Below are positions 51,260-62,475 of a stretch of 64,000 nt of DNA, in pieces. Made by a program: the position numbers and the translations under genes. The stretch's first letter is position 1, and each line of letters starts with the position of its first letter. This DNA comes from Wickerhamiella versatilis (taxonomy: Eukaryota): the NCBI GenBank assembly GCA_030867685.1, contig JAQOWU010000008.1, positions 2,852,001 to 2,916,000 of the forward strand, in the 5' to 3' direction. Under the pieces are notes generated by a model that was given only the letters and a program-made list of their open reading frames with translations, did no database searches and was not told the DNA's origin.

Positions 51260-53059
51260 TTACCACATTTTCTCACCCTTCTTTGCCCTGCGATTCTTTT
51301 GTTCGAGCATCGCAATATGACCGTCCTCAAAGGCTACTGTTGTGTGTTCATGGTCTGGTACTAATATTGCTTCTCCCTTGTCATCTAGTGTACAGAAGTT
51401 GACTGAATTGATCCATTTGTCCTCCCAGCATTGCCAAATATCGAACCGATGTTCTGGGTTGAGTTCAAGCATGCCTTTAATTAATGGCGTGACCTCCCCT
51501 GGTAAATTGCCAAGGAGCTTGAGGAGTCCAAATCGTTCACCAGTAGGTTCCTCTTGAACAAACTGCCGGAAGGCTGCGTCACTCATACGTGGTGCCTTCC
51601 AGGGGAATTTGCGCATAAGCATACAGCACAGGATAATCGCTGCACCCCATATGTCAGTCATTGCAGGATCATATCTTCCTGGGGAGGCAGCTTCTGGTGC
51701 AAGATAGGGATCAGAGCCTACAACACCGTCGCAATCATATAACTTATCCGATTCGGGGTATCGAAATACAACGCTAGAACCAAAGTCAATAAGCTTCACG
51801 ATACCTTGTGAATTTACAACACAATTATCAAGCTTCATGTCGCGATGTGCGAGCCCCAATCCATGCAAATACCTGACACCATCCATTATCTGGAGAAAAT
51901 CGCAATATACTTCATTCTTAGACATACGACCTGTCATAACTATCGCGAAAAGGTCATATTCGCAGTACTCCATGATCTGATACACAGCATCCGGTTCATA
52001 AATAATGTCAATAGTGCGAACAATATTTGGGTGTTTCAATGTTAGCCCTAAGCAGTATTCCGCACCAACCTTCTTTTGGTATTCGCGCTGCGTTTCTGAG
52101 TGGTGTCGTGGACGAAACTCCTTAACTGCGTATATCTTGTTGTCCTTGGCAGACCGAACTATCTTAACATGCCCACCGGCACCTTCTCCGAGTGTCTTTC
52201 CCAGTTTGCCATAAGACTTTAGGGATGGCTTCCTACCAACTGAGATAGGCCTATCTTCTGTCAACGAAGCATTGCTATTACGCCTCGAGAAAGGATTATT
52301 GCCACCACTTCCCACACTGCTGCCGCCGGTAGGTGACCGAGGAGGGGAAGTGTTGCGCCATGGTTTCTCGAGGAATCTCCGCATAGTCGAGCCAGAATTG
52401 TGGGAGAGGGATGATGCTCGGCTGTTGGACCGTGATAAACTCATACGGCTGAATGAGCGGCCTAAAATCCTTGAAGAACTTGATCCTGTGGGCGTCGTTC
52501 CATCGCCGTTTTGCACTGAATTTGTTCGAGGGATGTTCACAACAAACCTTGCATCTACACTAGACGGCTTTACGGGCTGCTCGCGTGTACTGCAGACGGA
52601 ATAATGTCGGGGCGACGACACATTTCCAATTTCCCCCGCACCAAACAAGAATCCGTATCCAGGCTGCTGGGGTTCCGGGGTGCCCTGTAGGCTTGATGCT
52701 CGTGACCTTGTGGTATACTCCGATCGCGCTATTGATGCCGCGCTCTGTCGCGGAGCATGGATGGACCTCGGTTGCGCTGGACTCTGAATACTTGTCTTGG
52801 AGTAGCCCTGCGATGTAAATGGCGACGCCGGTTCACTATGCAGATTTTCAATTGCACTCGGAGTCTCCTGGGGTTGGCTATCCGCCTCCGGTGCTTTGGA
52901 GAGTAGAAGTGACAGGGTTGATTCACGTTGCTTAGACGGGGGTTCGACCTCCACTTTCTCGTATAGCGAGCCATTGCTAGGCTTGGTATTTGCATGCGAA
53001 GAGGCCTTGTTGAAGTTTAATTGCTTGCTGTCGGTATCTACAGCTGTATTTGATGCCAT
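51260..53059 (-). CDS. NPR1: Npr1/Hal5-family Ser/Thr kinase
   Basis: Ser-rich N-terminus, LGEGAGG, YAVKEFR, HRDMKLDN, GSDPYLAPE; adjacent to MRPL19 as in S. cerevisiae. Confidence 0.8.
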   Translation of the reverse strand: MASNTAVDTDSKQLNFNKASSHANTKPSNGSLYEKVEVEPPSKQRESTLSLLLSKAPEADSQPQETPSAIENLHSEPASPFTSQGYSKTSIQSPAQPRSIHAPRQSAASIARSEYTTRSRASSLQGTPEPQQPGYGFLFGAGEIGNVSSPRHYSVCSTREQPVKPSSVDARFVVNIPRTNSVQNGDGTTPTGSSSSRILGRSFSRMSLSRSNSRASSLSHNSGSTMRRFLEKPWRNTSPPRSPTGGSSVGSGGNNPFSRRNSNASLTEDRPISVGRKPSLKSYGKLGKTLGEGAGGHVKIVRSAKDNKIYAVKEFRPRHHSETQREYQKKVGAEYCLGLTLKHPNIVRTIDIIYEPDAVYQIMEYCEYDLFAIVMTGRMSKNEVYCDFLQIMDGVRYLHGLGLAHRDMKLDNCVVNSQGIVKLIDFGSSVVFRYPESDKLYDCDGVVGSDPYLAPEAASPGRYDPAMTDIWGAAIILCCMLMRKFPWKAPRMSDAAFRQFVQEEPTGERFGLLKLLGNLPGEVTPLIKGMLELNPEHRFDIWQCWEDKWINSVNFCTLDDKGEAILVPDHEHTTVAFEDGHIAMLEQKNRRAKKGEKMW

Positions 53060-53391
53060 TTTTGGTGCGCACCAATCGCACTGTCCGGGAACGAATCCGA
53101 TGACTAACGAGATAAGGATATATACCCACCTTGCCCACGTTTACGCCTCGGCCAAAGGTGTCAGAAGCTTTCCAAAGTTTGTATTTTCAGGAAATTGCTA
53201 AAAATGTTACGTCACCAAGATTTTCTTCAAAAGTTATATAAAATTTTTTAGTATTTGCCACCTTGGAAATTCCAGGACCCTCCTTTGGATCGTCAGAGCA
53301 GGCAGGTGCACTGATGTGTCATGCGCTTTATGATAAAGAAATAGGTGACTACTCCCAGATGAGACAAGTACTATCGCAACCAGAAAAAGGA

Positions 53392-53742
53392 TCAAGTTGA
53401 TAGTCCGGCAAGTAGTCCTTCTATGCTTGTTGGGTCATTTGGCAGAATTCCCTCGCGAATACAAAATGTACCCAAGCAAGGTAAGCCCTCTGTAGAATCT
53501 AACGGTAGCCATGTTACATTGGAGCCTTTACCCACTGTTTGCGGCAGTGTGCCAGCACATTCGCTACAAAAATTTGTGGCTAGACCCTGTGAAACCGGTC
53601 CTTTCCTAAGCCATTGAAGATTTGCTGTCTCAGTAAGTGCACCTGGTCGAGTTGACCGGCAGGTAAAACAACTACATCTATAAAATCCTTTGATTGGATA
53701 TCTTAGTCTCCATTGCGTGCTTCCGCAGATGCACTCGCCCAT
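53392..53742 (-). CDS. small GFA/CENP-V-like zinc-binding protein
   Basis: GECICG..CSCFTCR..FCSECAG cysteine pattern. Confidence 0.6.
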   Translation of the reverse strand: MGECICGSTQWRLRYPIKGFYRCSCFTCRSTRPGALTETANLQWLRKGPVSQGLATNFCSECAGTLPQTVGKGSNVTWLPLDSTEGLPCLGTFCIREGILPNDPTSIEGLLAGLST

Positions 53743-53877
53743 GATCTTTATGAAATCTCTGTTGCTTCAACCCAATTTTGCCCTAACCCGTGTACTAATT
53801 CGGCTATACGTAAACACGTCCTATAATAACATCAACCCGGGAATCGCCTAAGGTCCCATCACATCCATAGTGGGGGG

Positions 53878-54948
53878 ATGATAACGATCCATGTGACTAT
53901 ACCAGGGGTATCACTTGTTGCCTTTGCTGCAGCCCTTTTTGCGTGTGCGCCCTGTGTCCTGGCCATCGTTTTAGCATGCGGAACTTACAGTTCCATCCAC
54001 CATCTGCAGATTCCTGTGGCTATGTTAGGAGGACTGGAAGGTCTGAATGCTTTGTTTTTCCTTGTTCCAATATGCATCACAACCACATGGCTGTCCTGGG
54101 TACCCGTTAGTATGTTCACGGTTGCCTCTGGCGGCGTGGGTCTATGGTGGCTTGGTGAGCGGCTTCAGACAGTCTCCCTCGATCTTTATAGGCCCTTGGA
54201 GACGGCATTGTTGGTTATTTGGTTACTTTCCTTAGGCACTTCGCTGGCCGTTTGTGTCTATGCCCTTGACCGAGTAGCCTTGGTGTCGTACGACCTTCCA
54301 ACTTCTCCCAATCCCAGCACGAACTCGTGGCCCGAGACTCTGGTAACAGAGAAACCCTTTGAAACCAACTCGATGCACGCGCCTTATATGGCACGAAATA
54401 TAACCCCAGAGAGTCATGTGGCTCCTCTCCCGGAAGTATTGGAAACACCCCGAGTGCATCAACATCGACAATCACATACACACACCCCAGAGATGACACA
54501 GAGCCCAGTAAAGCGCTCTCCTGGGAAGACCAATGTACCTTTGCACACCAAAGGGTCGCAGGTATCACTTGGGTCTGTATTTAGTTTTAAGCGGTCCCCG
54601 TCGAAGCTTGTAAAGCCCATCCATGAACCTCCGATGCCGAGCTTGGCTGGCTTGGACGCACTGCCGGAGGGTTTCCATCCGCAGGACCCACCACAGCTCG
54701 GCCCATTTGCCGTGAGCGCAGCTGCTGCTGCTAGTGTGGATGATCCACATTGGGATGAGAGTCTTCATGTGCAGGACCGCATGAAGTGGATTATGATGAA
54801 TTCTTCTGATAATCAGTCGCGATCAGTCTCTGGTTCCACTAACTTGAGTGGTAGTCTTTTCGGTGCGGCTGAATATAACCGCCAGATAAATGACGCGGGG
54901 TTTGTGAAGGATGAACCGAGCCCATTCCCCAGAAGACCTAGAGCATGA
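53878..54948 (+). CDS. 4-TM protein with disordered tail, Irc8-like
   Basis: Four N-terminal hydrophobic segments and a S/P-rich tail; lies next to MTR4 as IRC8 does in S. cerevisiae. Confidence 0.5.
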   Translation: MITIHVTIPGVSLVAFAAALFACAPCVLAIVLACGTYSSIHHLQIPVAMLGGLEGLNALFFLVPICITTTWLSWVPVSMFTVASGGVGLWWLGERLQTVSLDLYRPLETALLVIWLLSLGTSLAVCVYALDRVALVSYDLPTSPNPSTNSWPETLVTEKPFETNSMHAPYMARNITPESHVAPLPEVLETPRVHQHRQSHTHTPEMTQSPVKRSPGKTNVPLHTKGSQVSLGSVFSFKRSPSKLVKPIHEPPMPSLAGLDALPEGFHPQDPPQLGPFAVSAAAAASVDDPHWDESLHVQDRMKWIMMNSSDNQSRSVSGSTNLSGSLFGAAEYNRQINDAGFVKDEPSPFPRRPRA

Positions 54949-55262
54949 GTTTACAGCTTTTTATTATGACAGTATACCTAATCTTGATTTATATTATGCC
55001 CTATCAAGTATGCTTAATGCATTTTAATATCATATCCAGATAATATTTATCAAATGCGGATGTCAATTAGCATCCACAAGACTAAGTAAACACATGTACA
55101 AATGACCCTACTCATACCGTACTCTGAGTAAAGAAACAAAAAAAATGCAACAAATTGAACTATCAAGCGAAGCTTATTTAGGGAATACGCCTGATCTCTC
55201 GAGGTTAGCTGCTCGAGCTTCAGTGTACCATATAACAGATTACTCATCAAAAAAATTACTAG

Positions 55263-58200
55263 ATGGATTTGTTCGGGGTGTTCGAGGAGACACCAAGCGC
55301 ACAAACGGGAAAGCGCACAAGTCCCAATGGTAAACAGGCAAAAGAACCTAATGAGTCGAAAAACCAACCAGCCAAGCGGGTGAAAAAAGAGGAGCCACAG
55401 GAATTGGCAGACGATAATGAGCCGCGAGAGCCCAAGGTAACCGACTCTGTAGAGGTGGAAAAGACAGAAGATTACAAGGATGAGCAGCAACATGATCTTC
55501 AAATCCGCCACCAGGTGCGCCACGAGGTGGCCTTGCCTCCAGACTACAATTACATTCCTATTTCGAAGCACAAGTCAACGAACCCAGCGCGAACATATCC
55601 CTTCAAGCTCGATCCATTTCAAGCAATGTCCATTTCCGCGATTGAGCGGGGTGAAAGTGTACTAGTGAGTGCACATACGTCTGCAGGAAAGACGGTAGTG
55701 GCGGAATATGCCATCGCACAGAGCCTCCGGAACAAGCAGAGAGTTATTTACACCTCACCCATTAAGGCACTATCAAACCAGAAATACCGAGAGCTCCTAG
55801 AGGATTTCAAGGATGTGGGCCTTATGACCGGAGATGTAACAATCAATCCAGATGCGAGTTGCCTTGTGATGACAACAGAGATTCTGCGTTCGATGTTATA
55901 CCGTGGGTCGGAAGTGATGCGTGAAGTATCATGGGTTGTGTTTGATGAAATTCACTACATGAGGGACAAAGAAAGAGGTGTGGTGTGGGAGGAAACTATT
56001 ATCTTGCTTCCAGATTCTGTTCGCTATGTCTTTTTAAGTGCCACAATCCCTAATGCTATGGAGTTTGCGGAATGGATATGCCAGATTCACCATCAACCTT
56101 GCCATGTAGTATATACAAACTACAGACCCACTCCACTGCAGCATTACTTGTTCCCTGTGGGCGACTCCGGTATTCACCTGGTATTGGACGAAAAAGGAAA
56201 TTTTCGGGAGGAGTCATTCATGAAGGCTATGTCGGTACTAAAGCAAGAAAAGCCGACGAAAAAAGACGCAAAGCCAACAAAGGATGTGCCAGATATCTAC
56301 AAAATCATCAAGATGATAATGATTCGCAACTACAACCCTGTAATAGTATTCTCATTCGCGAAACGACAGTGCGAGGACTATGCGCTCAAGATGGCGAAGC
56401 TAGATTTCAACGATAAGAGCGAACACGATATGGTAACAAAGGTTTTTCAAAATGCGATTAGCCAGCTTCCGCCAGCTGACCAAGAGCTACAGCAAATTCA
56501 AACGATCTTCCCGTTACTGAAGCGTGGCATTGGTGTGCACCACAGTGGCTTGCTTCCCATTTTGAAGGAGGTTATAGAGCTTCTTTTCCAAGAAGGACTA
56601 CTCAAGGTTCTATTTGCAACAGAGACATTTGCAATCGGACTTAACATGCCTGCGAAAACGGTAGTCTTCACGGACGTTCGGAAGTTCGACGGTAAAGAGA
56701 TGCGCTGGGTATCAGGTGGAGAGTATATCCAAATGAGCGGACGTGCTGGTCGACGTGGTCTTGATGACAGGGGAATCGTGATTATGATGATAAATGAACA
56801 GATGGAGCCGGCAATTGCGAAGTCTATGATAAAGGGTAGTGCGGATCGCCTGGATAGTGCATTCCACCTTGGCTATAACATGATTCTTAATTTACTGAGA
56901 GTAGAGGGAATATCTCCGGAATTTATGTTGAAGCAATGCTTTTTCCAATTTCAAAATGCTGCCAAAGTTCCCCAACTCGAGAACCGACAACGTGAACTCC
57001 AAAAGCAGATAGATGATACCCACATCGACAACGAGCCAGCAGTTTCCGAATATTATGGTCTTACCAAAAAGATAGAGGAGTATGGCAGGGACATGGCCTT
57101 AGTTGTATCTCATCCAGGAAACTGTCTTTCATTCATGCAATCTGGTCGCTTGGTGAAAGTCGACGTTCGACTGCCGGACCGCGAGCCACTAGATTTTGGA
57201 TGGTGCGTGGTAACGGCTATTAACAAACGCCATCAACCTCGTCATGGAAACCCAGAGTGGTCAGATCATGATAAATATATTGTCGAGGTCTTGGCTTTGT
57301 GTAGTCCGACGACACCTACTCATCTTATCAGGAAGGGTGACCCAAAGCTTGTGCCTGGTGTGCGCCCACCAAAACCAGATGAAGAACCAAAACCGGAAAT
57401 AATCCCAATAACACTAGGTTCAATCGTCCAGATTGCGAATCTACGCACCCGGTTACCACAGGAATTGGCCTCACGGAAACAGCGAGATGTGATCGCAAAA
57501 GCTGTTGAAAATATACAGGCAAGGTTTCCTGATGGGATACCTAGGCTTGACCCCGTGGAAAACATGCATATTAAAGACAAAACGTTCATGGAGCTAGTAC
57601 GCAAGACGGAAGTACTGGATGCAAAACGAATGGAGACAGATATAGCTACTGATCCTCGGCTACCTCAACTTTTCGAAGAGTATAATGCAAAGCAAGACCT
57701 AAAAGAAGAGCAAAGCGACTGTGCCAGGCAAATTGGAGATGCACAGGCTATTCTTCAGATGGACGAGCTGAAAAATCGTAAGCGAGTACTTCGAAAACTA
57801 GGGTTTACAACACAAGCAGATGTTGTAGAACTAAAGGGAAGAGTTGCGTGCGAGATCAGCAGCGGTGATGAACTTCTATTAACAGAGCTAGTGTTCGCAG
57901 GTGTTTTCTCAAAACTTACACCAGAACAGACAGCGTCGCTTCTCTCATGTTTTGTTTTTGATGAAAAAGTACCTGATGCGAAAGGTGTGCTCAATCCAGC
58001 TCTCAAAGATCCTTATCGGCAGCTGCAGCAAGCTGCTCGCCAAATTGCGAAGGTAAGCACTGATTGTAAGCTTCCACTTGTAGCCAATGAGTATGTTGAA
58101 AAGTTTCGGCCGGAGCTTATGGATGTTGTATATCAATGGACCAGAGGGTGCACTTTTGCGCAAATTTGCAAGATGACAGACGTGTTCGAGGGATCTTTAA

Positions 58201-58349
58201 TCCGGATGTTCCGGCGACTTGAAGAACTTTTACGACAAATGGCTGCCGCAGCCAATACTATAGGTAATGATGAGCTTGCTCAAAAGATGGACAAGGCGCT
58301 AGAGCTCATAAAGCGAGATATCGTCAGTGCCGCATCGTTATATCTATAA
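55263..58349 (+). CDS. MTR4: TRAMP/exosome RNA helicase Mtr4
   Basis: [23 protein letters not shown], arch domain, C-terminal [11 protein letters not shown]. Confidence 0.97.
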   Translation: MDLFGVFEETPSAQTGKRTSPNGKQAKEPNESKNQPAKRVKKEEPQELADDNEPREPKVTDSVEVEKTEDYKDEQQHDLQIRHQVRHEVALPPDYNYIPISKHKSTNPARTYPFKLDPFQAMSISAIERGESVLVSAHTSAGKTVVAEYAIAQSLRNKQRVIYTSPIKALSNQKYRELLEDFKDVGLMTGDVTINPDASCLVMTTEILRSMLYRGSEVMREVSWVVFDEIHYMRDKERGVVWEETIILLPDSVRYVFLSATIPNAMEFAEWICQIHHQPCHVVYTNYRPTPLQHYLFPVGDSGIHLVLDEKGNFREESFMKAMSVLKQEKPTKKDAKPTKDVPDIYKIIKMIMIRNYNPVIVFSFAKRQCEDYALKMAKLDFNDKSEHDMVTKVFQNAISQLPPADQELQQIQTIFPLLKRGIGVHHSGLLPILKEVIELLFQEGLLKVLFATETFAIGLNMPAKTVVFTDVRKFDGKEMRWVSGGEYIQMSGRAGRRGLDDRGIVIMMINEQMEPAIAKSMIKGSADRLDSAFHLGYNMILNLLRVEGISPEFMLKQCFFQFQNAAKVPQLENRQRELQKQIDDTHIDNEPAVSEYYGLTKKIEEYGRDMALVVSHPGNCLSFMQSGRLVKVDVRLPDREPLDFGWCVVTAINKRHQPRHGNPEWSDHDKYIVEVLALCSPTTPTHLIRKGDPKLVPGVRPPKPDEEPKPEIIPITLGSIVQIANLRTRLPQELASRKQRDVIAKAVENIQARFPDGIPRLDPVENMHIKDKTFMELVRKTEVLDAKRMETDIATDPRLPQLFEEYNAKQDLKEEQSDCARQIGDAQAILQMDELKNRKRVLRKLGFTTQADVVELKGRVACEISSGDELLLTELVFAGVFSKLTPEQTASLLSCFVFDEKVPDAKGVLNPALKDPYRQLQQAARQIAKVSTDCKLPLVANEYVEKFRPELMDVVYQWTRGCTFAQICKMTDVFEGSLIRMFRRLEELLRQMAAAANTIGNDELAQKMDKALELIKRDIVSAASLYL

Positions 58350-58392
58350 TCTAATGCTAGACATATTTTTTGCACATGAAGTAAGTAGGAAA

Positions 58393-59574
58393 CTAAGGTC
58401 TCCGTATTTTATTGCGAGGTTGATTTCCAGTTTTCTTTTTCTGTTGCGTACCCTCAGCACGGTTCTTTTCTATCGCCTCCTGCTTCTCCGCTGTTTCGAT
58501 AAGCTTGTCTGTGGCCTGCACTAGTTCTTCTTGAAATTTTGCGTCACCAAATTCAGAACGCAATGGTGCACTACGAATTCTGCATTCGGATATGTAAGAG
58601 ACTTCTGGTTTTTGGCCAGTCTCCGGGGCCATTAGCGCGTAGAATATGGACTGAGCGCCTTCTCTCGATGACTTCAAAAAAAGCCACCAGACAGGCCATA
58701 GGACCAAGTAAACGAACAAGCCCTTGAGGGTTCCAAATGAGATCCAACGCTTGAATGAAGGAGACCTCATCATTCCCGGATCAACAACGCACACATGCAC
58801 ATTGCAGGGAGCATGATCATTCCGCTCGTATGTGGCGCATTTTTCTTGCAGTTGATAAGCAAAAAGAGACAATGCAAGTTTGGCACCGCCAAGCAATTTG
58901 TGTGGGGACCACGTTGGATATGTCTGCAGCTCCCCAGACAAATCCTTAATATTAAGCGTGCCCATGACCGAAGCTACACATGTCGTTAGGACAATTCGCA
59001 CGTCTCTATCAGGCGGTTGCGAGCGGATGGAGGGTAGCAGCAAATTCAAAAGATGATAATGAGAAAGATAGCATACTTGGAACTGAGTTTCAATGCCGTT
59101 CACAGTATTGGTACGTGGGACGGAGGGTGGTTGGGCAACAGCTGCGCAGCAGACCACCATATCAAGTCTCCTTGGTGGGATGTTGTCTAACCAGCGGGTA
59201 GCAAACTTGCGAACACTTAACAAGTTTGAAAGGTCACATTCTTCTGCATATATCAATGGGTTGTCTGTCGAGTCACGTAAATCATCAATGTATTCTGCAA
59301 GCCAGCCATCATGAATGGTTCTAACGAGAAGTATAACTTGAGCACCTTTGCTGGCAAGTTCGCGAACTACAGACGCACCCAATCCTGATGTGCCTCCCGT
59401 GACCAGCGCTACTCGCCCATGCATATTCCGGTCCCAGGTATTGCGAGACCCAGAAAAAAAAGTCTTCACGAGTAGAACAGCAGCCACAATAGGCAACCAT
59501 ATCTTGAGAGTGTCATAATAGGGTATGGCCTTGGTACCTTCCACGGCAACTGTGGCCAGGAAATTCACCGGCAT
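58393..59574 (-). CDS. PBR1: ER short-chain oxidoreductase Pbr1 (YNL181W-like)
   Basis: MPVNFL start, TGGTSGLG, WLDNIPPRRLDMVVCCA, RSQPPDRDVRI. Confidence 0.85.
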   Translation of the reverse strand: MPVNFLATVAVEGTKAIPYYDTLKIWLPIVAAVLLVKTFFSGSRNTWDRNMHGRVALVTGGTSGLGASVVRELASKGAQVILLVRTIHDGWLAEYIDDLRDSTDNPLIYAEECDLSNLLSVRKFATRWLDNIPPRRLDMVVCCAAVAQPPSVPRTNTVNGIETQFQVCYLSHYHLLNLLLPSIRSQPPDRDVRIVLTTCVASVMGTLNIKDLSGELQTYPTWSPHKLLGGAKLALSLFAYQLQEKCATYERNDHAPCNVHVCVVDPGMMRSPSFKRWISFGTLKGLFVYLVLWPVWWLFLKSSREGAQSIFYALMAPETGQKPEVSYISECRIRSAPLRSEFGDAKFQEELVQATDKLIETAEKQEAIEKNRAEGTQQKKKTGNQPRNKIRRP

Positions 59575-59589
59575 TACGTAATTAAAATT

Positions 59590-60807
59590 ATGCTGCTTGC
59601 AGCATCTAACCAAAGCCTTAGCTTGGTAGATCCAGGAACCGCTGGAATAATCCGCAATTTTAAGCATTCATTGCCTAGTGGTGCTGCATGGCATAGGGCT
59701 TGGGGACTTCTGGTGGTGCAACAGGGTAAGCAACTGGTGCATCAATATGATCGACGGGAAGCACCTTGTAAAAAGCTAATAGCCCCAGAAAAGTTGTCAG
59801 GGAGTATCGCAATTTCTCCAAATGGGAATTACTTGGCTTTAGGTTCTATTTCAGGCCGAGTATTTTTATGGTACCTTCCTTCAGGTACGCTTGTTGGGGT
59901 GTCCGATGCACATTTTCAGTCCGTGAAGACCCTTTGTTTTAGTGCTGATTCAAGTATCCTTATAAGTGGTGCAGAAGATTCTCGGGTATGTATATTCCGT
60001 GTACTTGGATTGGAAGTCGTTCATGTTCTGACGACACATACACTGTCAATTACAGGTGTTGTTGTGGGAGCTGGGATATGGCGAGAAGCTCGACTATGGA
60101 CAGCATCAAGAGATGCGACGATTTGCTGTTTTGACATACATACTGCAACACTGCTTTATACTTTCGTTCTGCCAGAGCCAGTGTCATCATTAGCTGTCGA
60201 TCCTGCGGAGCGCATAATTTATGCTGGAACTGCTAGTGGTATAAGAAGAATTCCATTATACGAAGTGAACTCGCATAGTGGACGACTTGAGATAACTGGC
60301 GGTGGTTCGCAGCTGATAAATTGCGATAATGCCGTTCAATGGCGCACTCCGTCATGCTCTACAGTCCTGTGCCTGAGTGATGATGGTGTTAGGCTGTTTG
60401 CCGGATATGAGGATGGCTCCTCCAGTCTATGGGAGACAGGAACAGGCCAGGAAACAAAAAAATACCGCTCCTTGAAGGGACCCGTTCTGTCACTTTTACT
60501 CGTACCGGAAAATTTAGAGAGTGAGACTTTTGGCGAGGTCCCTGCCTTGCAACGAACGGTGGAGGCGATGGGTGATATTATTAGGCCATTGCATAGAACC
60601 GCTGTTTCTACTGGGGAAGCGAATGATAACAAAAAGGAAGTTTTATCTGTCTCTGATGAACAAGAACTTAATGATATTTTTTGCACAGAATCTACGGAGA
60701 GCACAGGTAACGTAACGCCGGCAAATGACGATTTACAAGAAAAATATGACCTACTAAAACGCATGTATGACGAATTATGGGGTCGATACGTAGCAATTCA
60801 AAAATAA
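59590..60807 (+). CDS. IPI3: Rix1-complex WD40 protein Ipi3
   Basis: PEKL..GRVFLWYLPSG..DAHFQSV, HTLSITG, C-terminal coiled coil. Confidence 0.85.
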   Translation: MLLAASNQSLSLVDPGTAGIIRNFKHSLPSGAAWHRAWGLLVVQQGKQLVHQYDRREAPCKKLIAPEKLSGSIAISPNGNYLALGSISGRVFLWYLPSGTLVGVSDAHFQSVKTLCFSADSSILISGAEDSRVCIFRVLGLEVVHVLTTHTLSITGVVVGAGIWREARLWTASRDATICCFDIHTATLLYTFVLPEPVSSLAVDPAERIIYAGTASGIRRIPLYEVNSHSGRLEITGGGSQLINCDNAVQWRTPSCSTVLCLSDDGVRLFAGYEDGSSSLWETGTGQETKKYRSLKGPVLSLLLVPENLESETFGEVPALQRTVEAMGDIIRPLHRTAVSTGEANDNKKEVLSVSDEQELNDIFCTESTESTGNVTPANDDLQEKYDLLKRMYDELWGRYVAIQK

Positions 60808-60859
60808 TATACATATAAACTGCGTTCTTGTAATTCTTTTCTTAGGTCCTTATGGTAAT

Positions 60860-60941
60860 TCACGTGATTAGCCCTATCCTCGACCGTTTTCATTTCTGCT
60901 CCTCGACTCGGGAATGGTGACTCGGGGATTGCTGACTCGGG
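60860..60941. promoter_or_regulatory. SHM1 promoter: TCACGTGA plus three GACTCGGG direct repeats
   Basis: TCACGTGA at 60860-60867; GACTCGGG at 60905, 60919 and 60934, the last two as TGACTC. Confidence 0.6.
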
Positions 60942-60962
60942 ACGTTTTTGTTGTATCATCGC

Positions 60963-62381
60963 ATGATGAAAAGGATTGCGCGTTTTTTGTCTACGAACTC
61001 GACAAAGCTGCATCTTAAAGATGCTGATCCTAAAATATGGGCCATACTCCAGCAAGAGCGTCAGCGTCAAAAGCAGAGCATAACGTTGATTCCGTCCGAA
61101 AATTTCACAAGTCAGGCTGTAATAGATGCTCTCGGTTCGGAGATGCAAAACAAATACTCTGAAGGATATCCTGGCGCACGTTACTACGGCGGAAATGAGT
61201 TCATCGATGAATCAGAGAGTTTATGCCAAAGGAGAGCTTTGGAGGCATTCAATCTCAACCCCGAGGAATGGGGTGTCAATGTACAGGCATTGAGTGGTGC
61301 GCCTGCGAATCTGTATACTTACAGTGCCCTTCTTGAGCCGGGTGAGAGGCTCATGGGGCTCGACCTGCCACATGGTGGCCATCTTAGCCACGGCTACCAA
61401 ACCCCCAGTAAGAAAATCAGCTTCATCTCGAAGTACTTCACAACAATGCCATACAGGCTAGACGAATCAACTGGTATCATCGACTATGATCAGCTTGCTA
61501 AGACCTCGATGCTTTTCAGGCCAAAGATCATCATAGCGGGTGCTTCAGCTTATTCGCACCTAATTGACTATGAAAGAATGAAGGAGATAGCCGACGCATG
61601 TGGAGCGTACCTTCTATCTGATATGGCTCACATTGCGGGCCTTGTTGCTGCCCGTGTGATTCCCAGCCCATTTGACTATTCAGACATCGTGACCACCACC
61701 TCTCACAAGAGTTTGCGAGGCCCCAGAGGAGCGATGATTTTTTTCAGGAAGGGTATCCGTAACTATGATAGGAAAGGAAATCCTGTGCCGTATGATCTCG
61801 AATCAAAGATAAACTTTTCTGTTTTCCCTGGCCATCAAGGAGGGCCACACAACCACACAATTACTGCCTTGGCAGTTGCATTGGGCCAAGCCGCAACGCC
61901 TGAGTTTGTCGAATACCAGCGTTCGGTTTTGGCAAATGCAAAGGCTTTTGGCTCGGCCTTGCAGGATCTTGGATACAAACTCGTTGGTGGGGGCACCGAG
62001 AACCATCTCCTCTTGATCGACCTCAAGCCACAACACATAGATGGTGCAAGGGTGGAATACGTTTTGGACCTGATAAACGTTGCTGCCAACAAGAACACAG
62101 TTCCTGGTGACCGTAGTGCTCTTGTGCCCGGTGGACTAAGGGTAGGCACACCAGCGATGACAACCAGACAGTTTACTGAAGAGGATTTCAGGCAAGTCGC
62201 TTCCATTATAGACACTGCAGTAAAAATTGCTGTGAGAATTAAGGCTGAAGTTGCGGCGAAGGTCGAAAAGCCGAAACTTGTAGACTTTAAGGCTCATGCC
62301 GTCAATGATGCTGAAATCAAAGATCTTCGTGAAAACATTGTATCTTGGGCCTCCAAGTTCCCAGTTCCTGGAACTTCATAG
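60963..62381 (+). CDS. SHM1: serine hydroxymethyltransferase, mitochondrial
   Basis: [35 protein letters not shown]; short presequence. Confidence 0.93.
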   Translation: MMKRIARFLSTNSTKLHLKDADPKIWAILQQERQRQKQSITLIPSENFTSQAVIDALGSEMQNKYSEGYPGARYYGGNEFIDESESLCQRRALEAFNLNPEEWGVNVQALSGAPANLYTYSALLEPGERLMGLDLPHGGHLSHGYQTPSKKISFISKYFTTMPYRLDESTGIIDYDQLAKTSMLFRPKIIIAGASAYSHLIDYERMKEIADACGAYLLSDMAHIAGLVAARVIPSPFDYSDIVTTTSHKSLRGPRGAMIFFRKGIRNYDRKGNPVPYDLESKINFSVFPGHQGGPHNHTITALAVALGQAATPEFVEYQRSVLANAKAFGSALQDLGYKLVGGGTENHLLLIDLKPQHIDGARVEYVLDLINVAANKNTVPGDRSALVPGGLRVGTPAMTTRQFTEEDFRQVASIIDTAVKIAVRIKAEVAAKVEKPKLVDFKAHAVNDAEIKDLRENIVSWASKFPVPGTS

Positions 62382-62475
62382 CTTAAAAAATAAGTTTTCT
62401 GCTCTGTTCTAATGTAAGTTACTTTACGGTTAAATAAATAAAAGCACTGGACAATCCACCTTGCTTACCAACCAA

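Noticed and set aside
48492-55571. Long antisense ORFs (e.g. 48492-49082 and 55050-55571) and other nested ORFs across the window
   Set aside because: Shadow frames of well-supported genes, often with non-ATG starts and no recognisable motifs.
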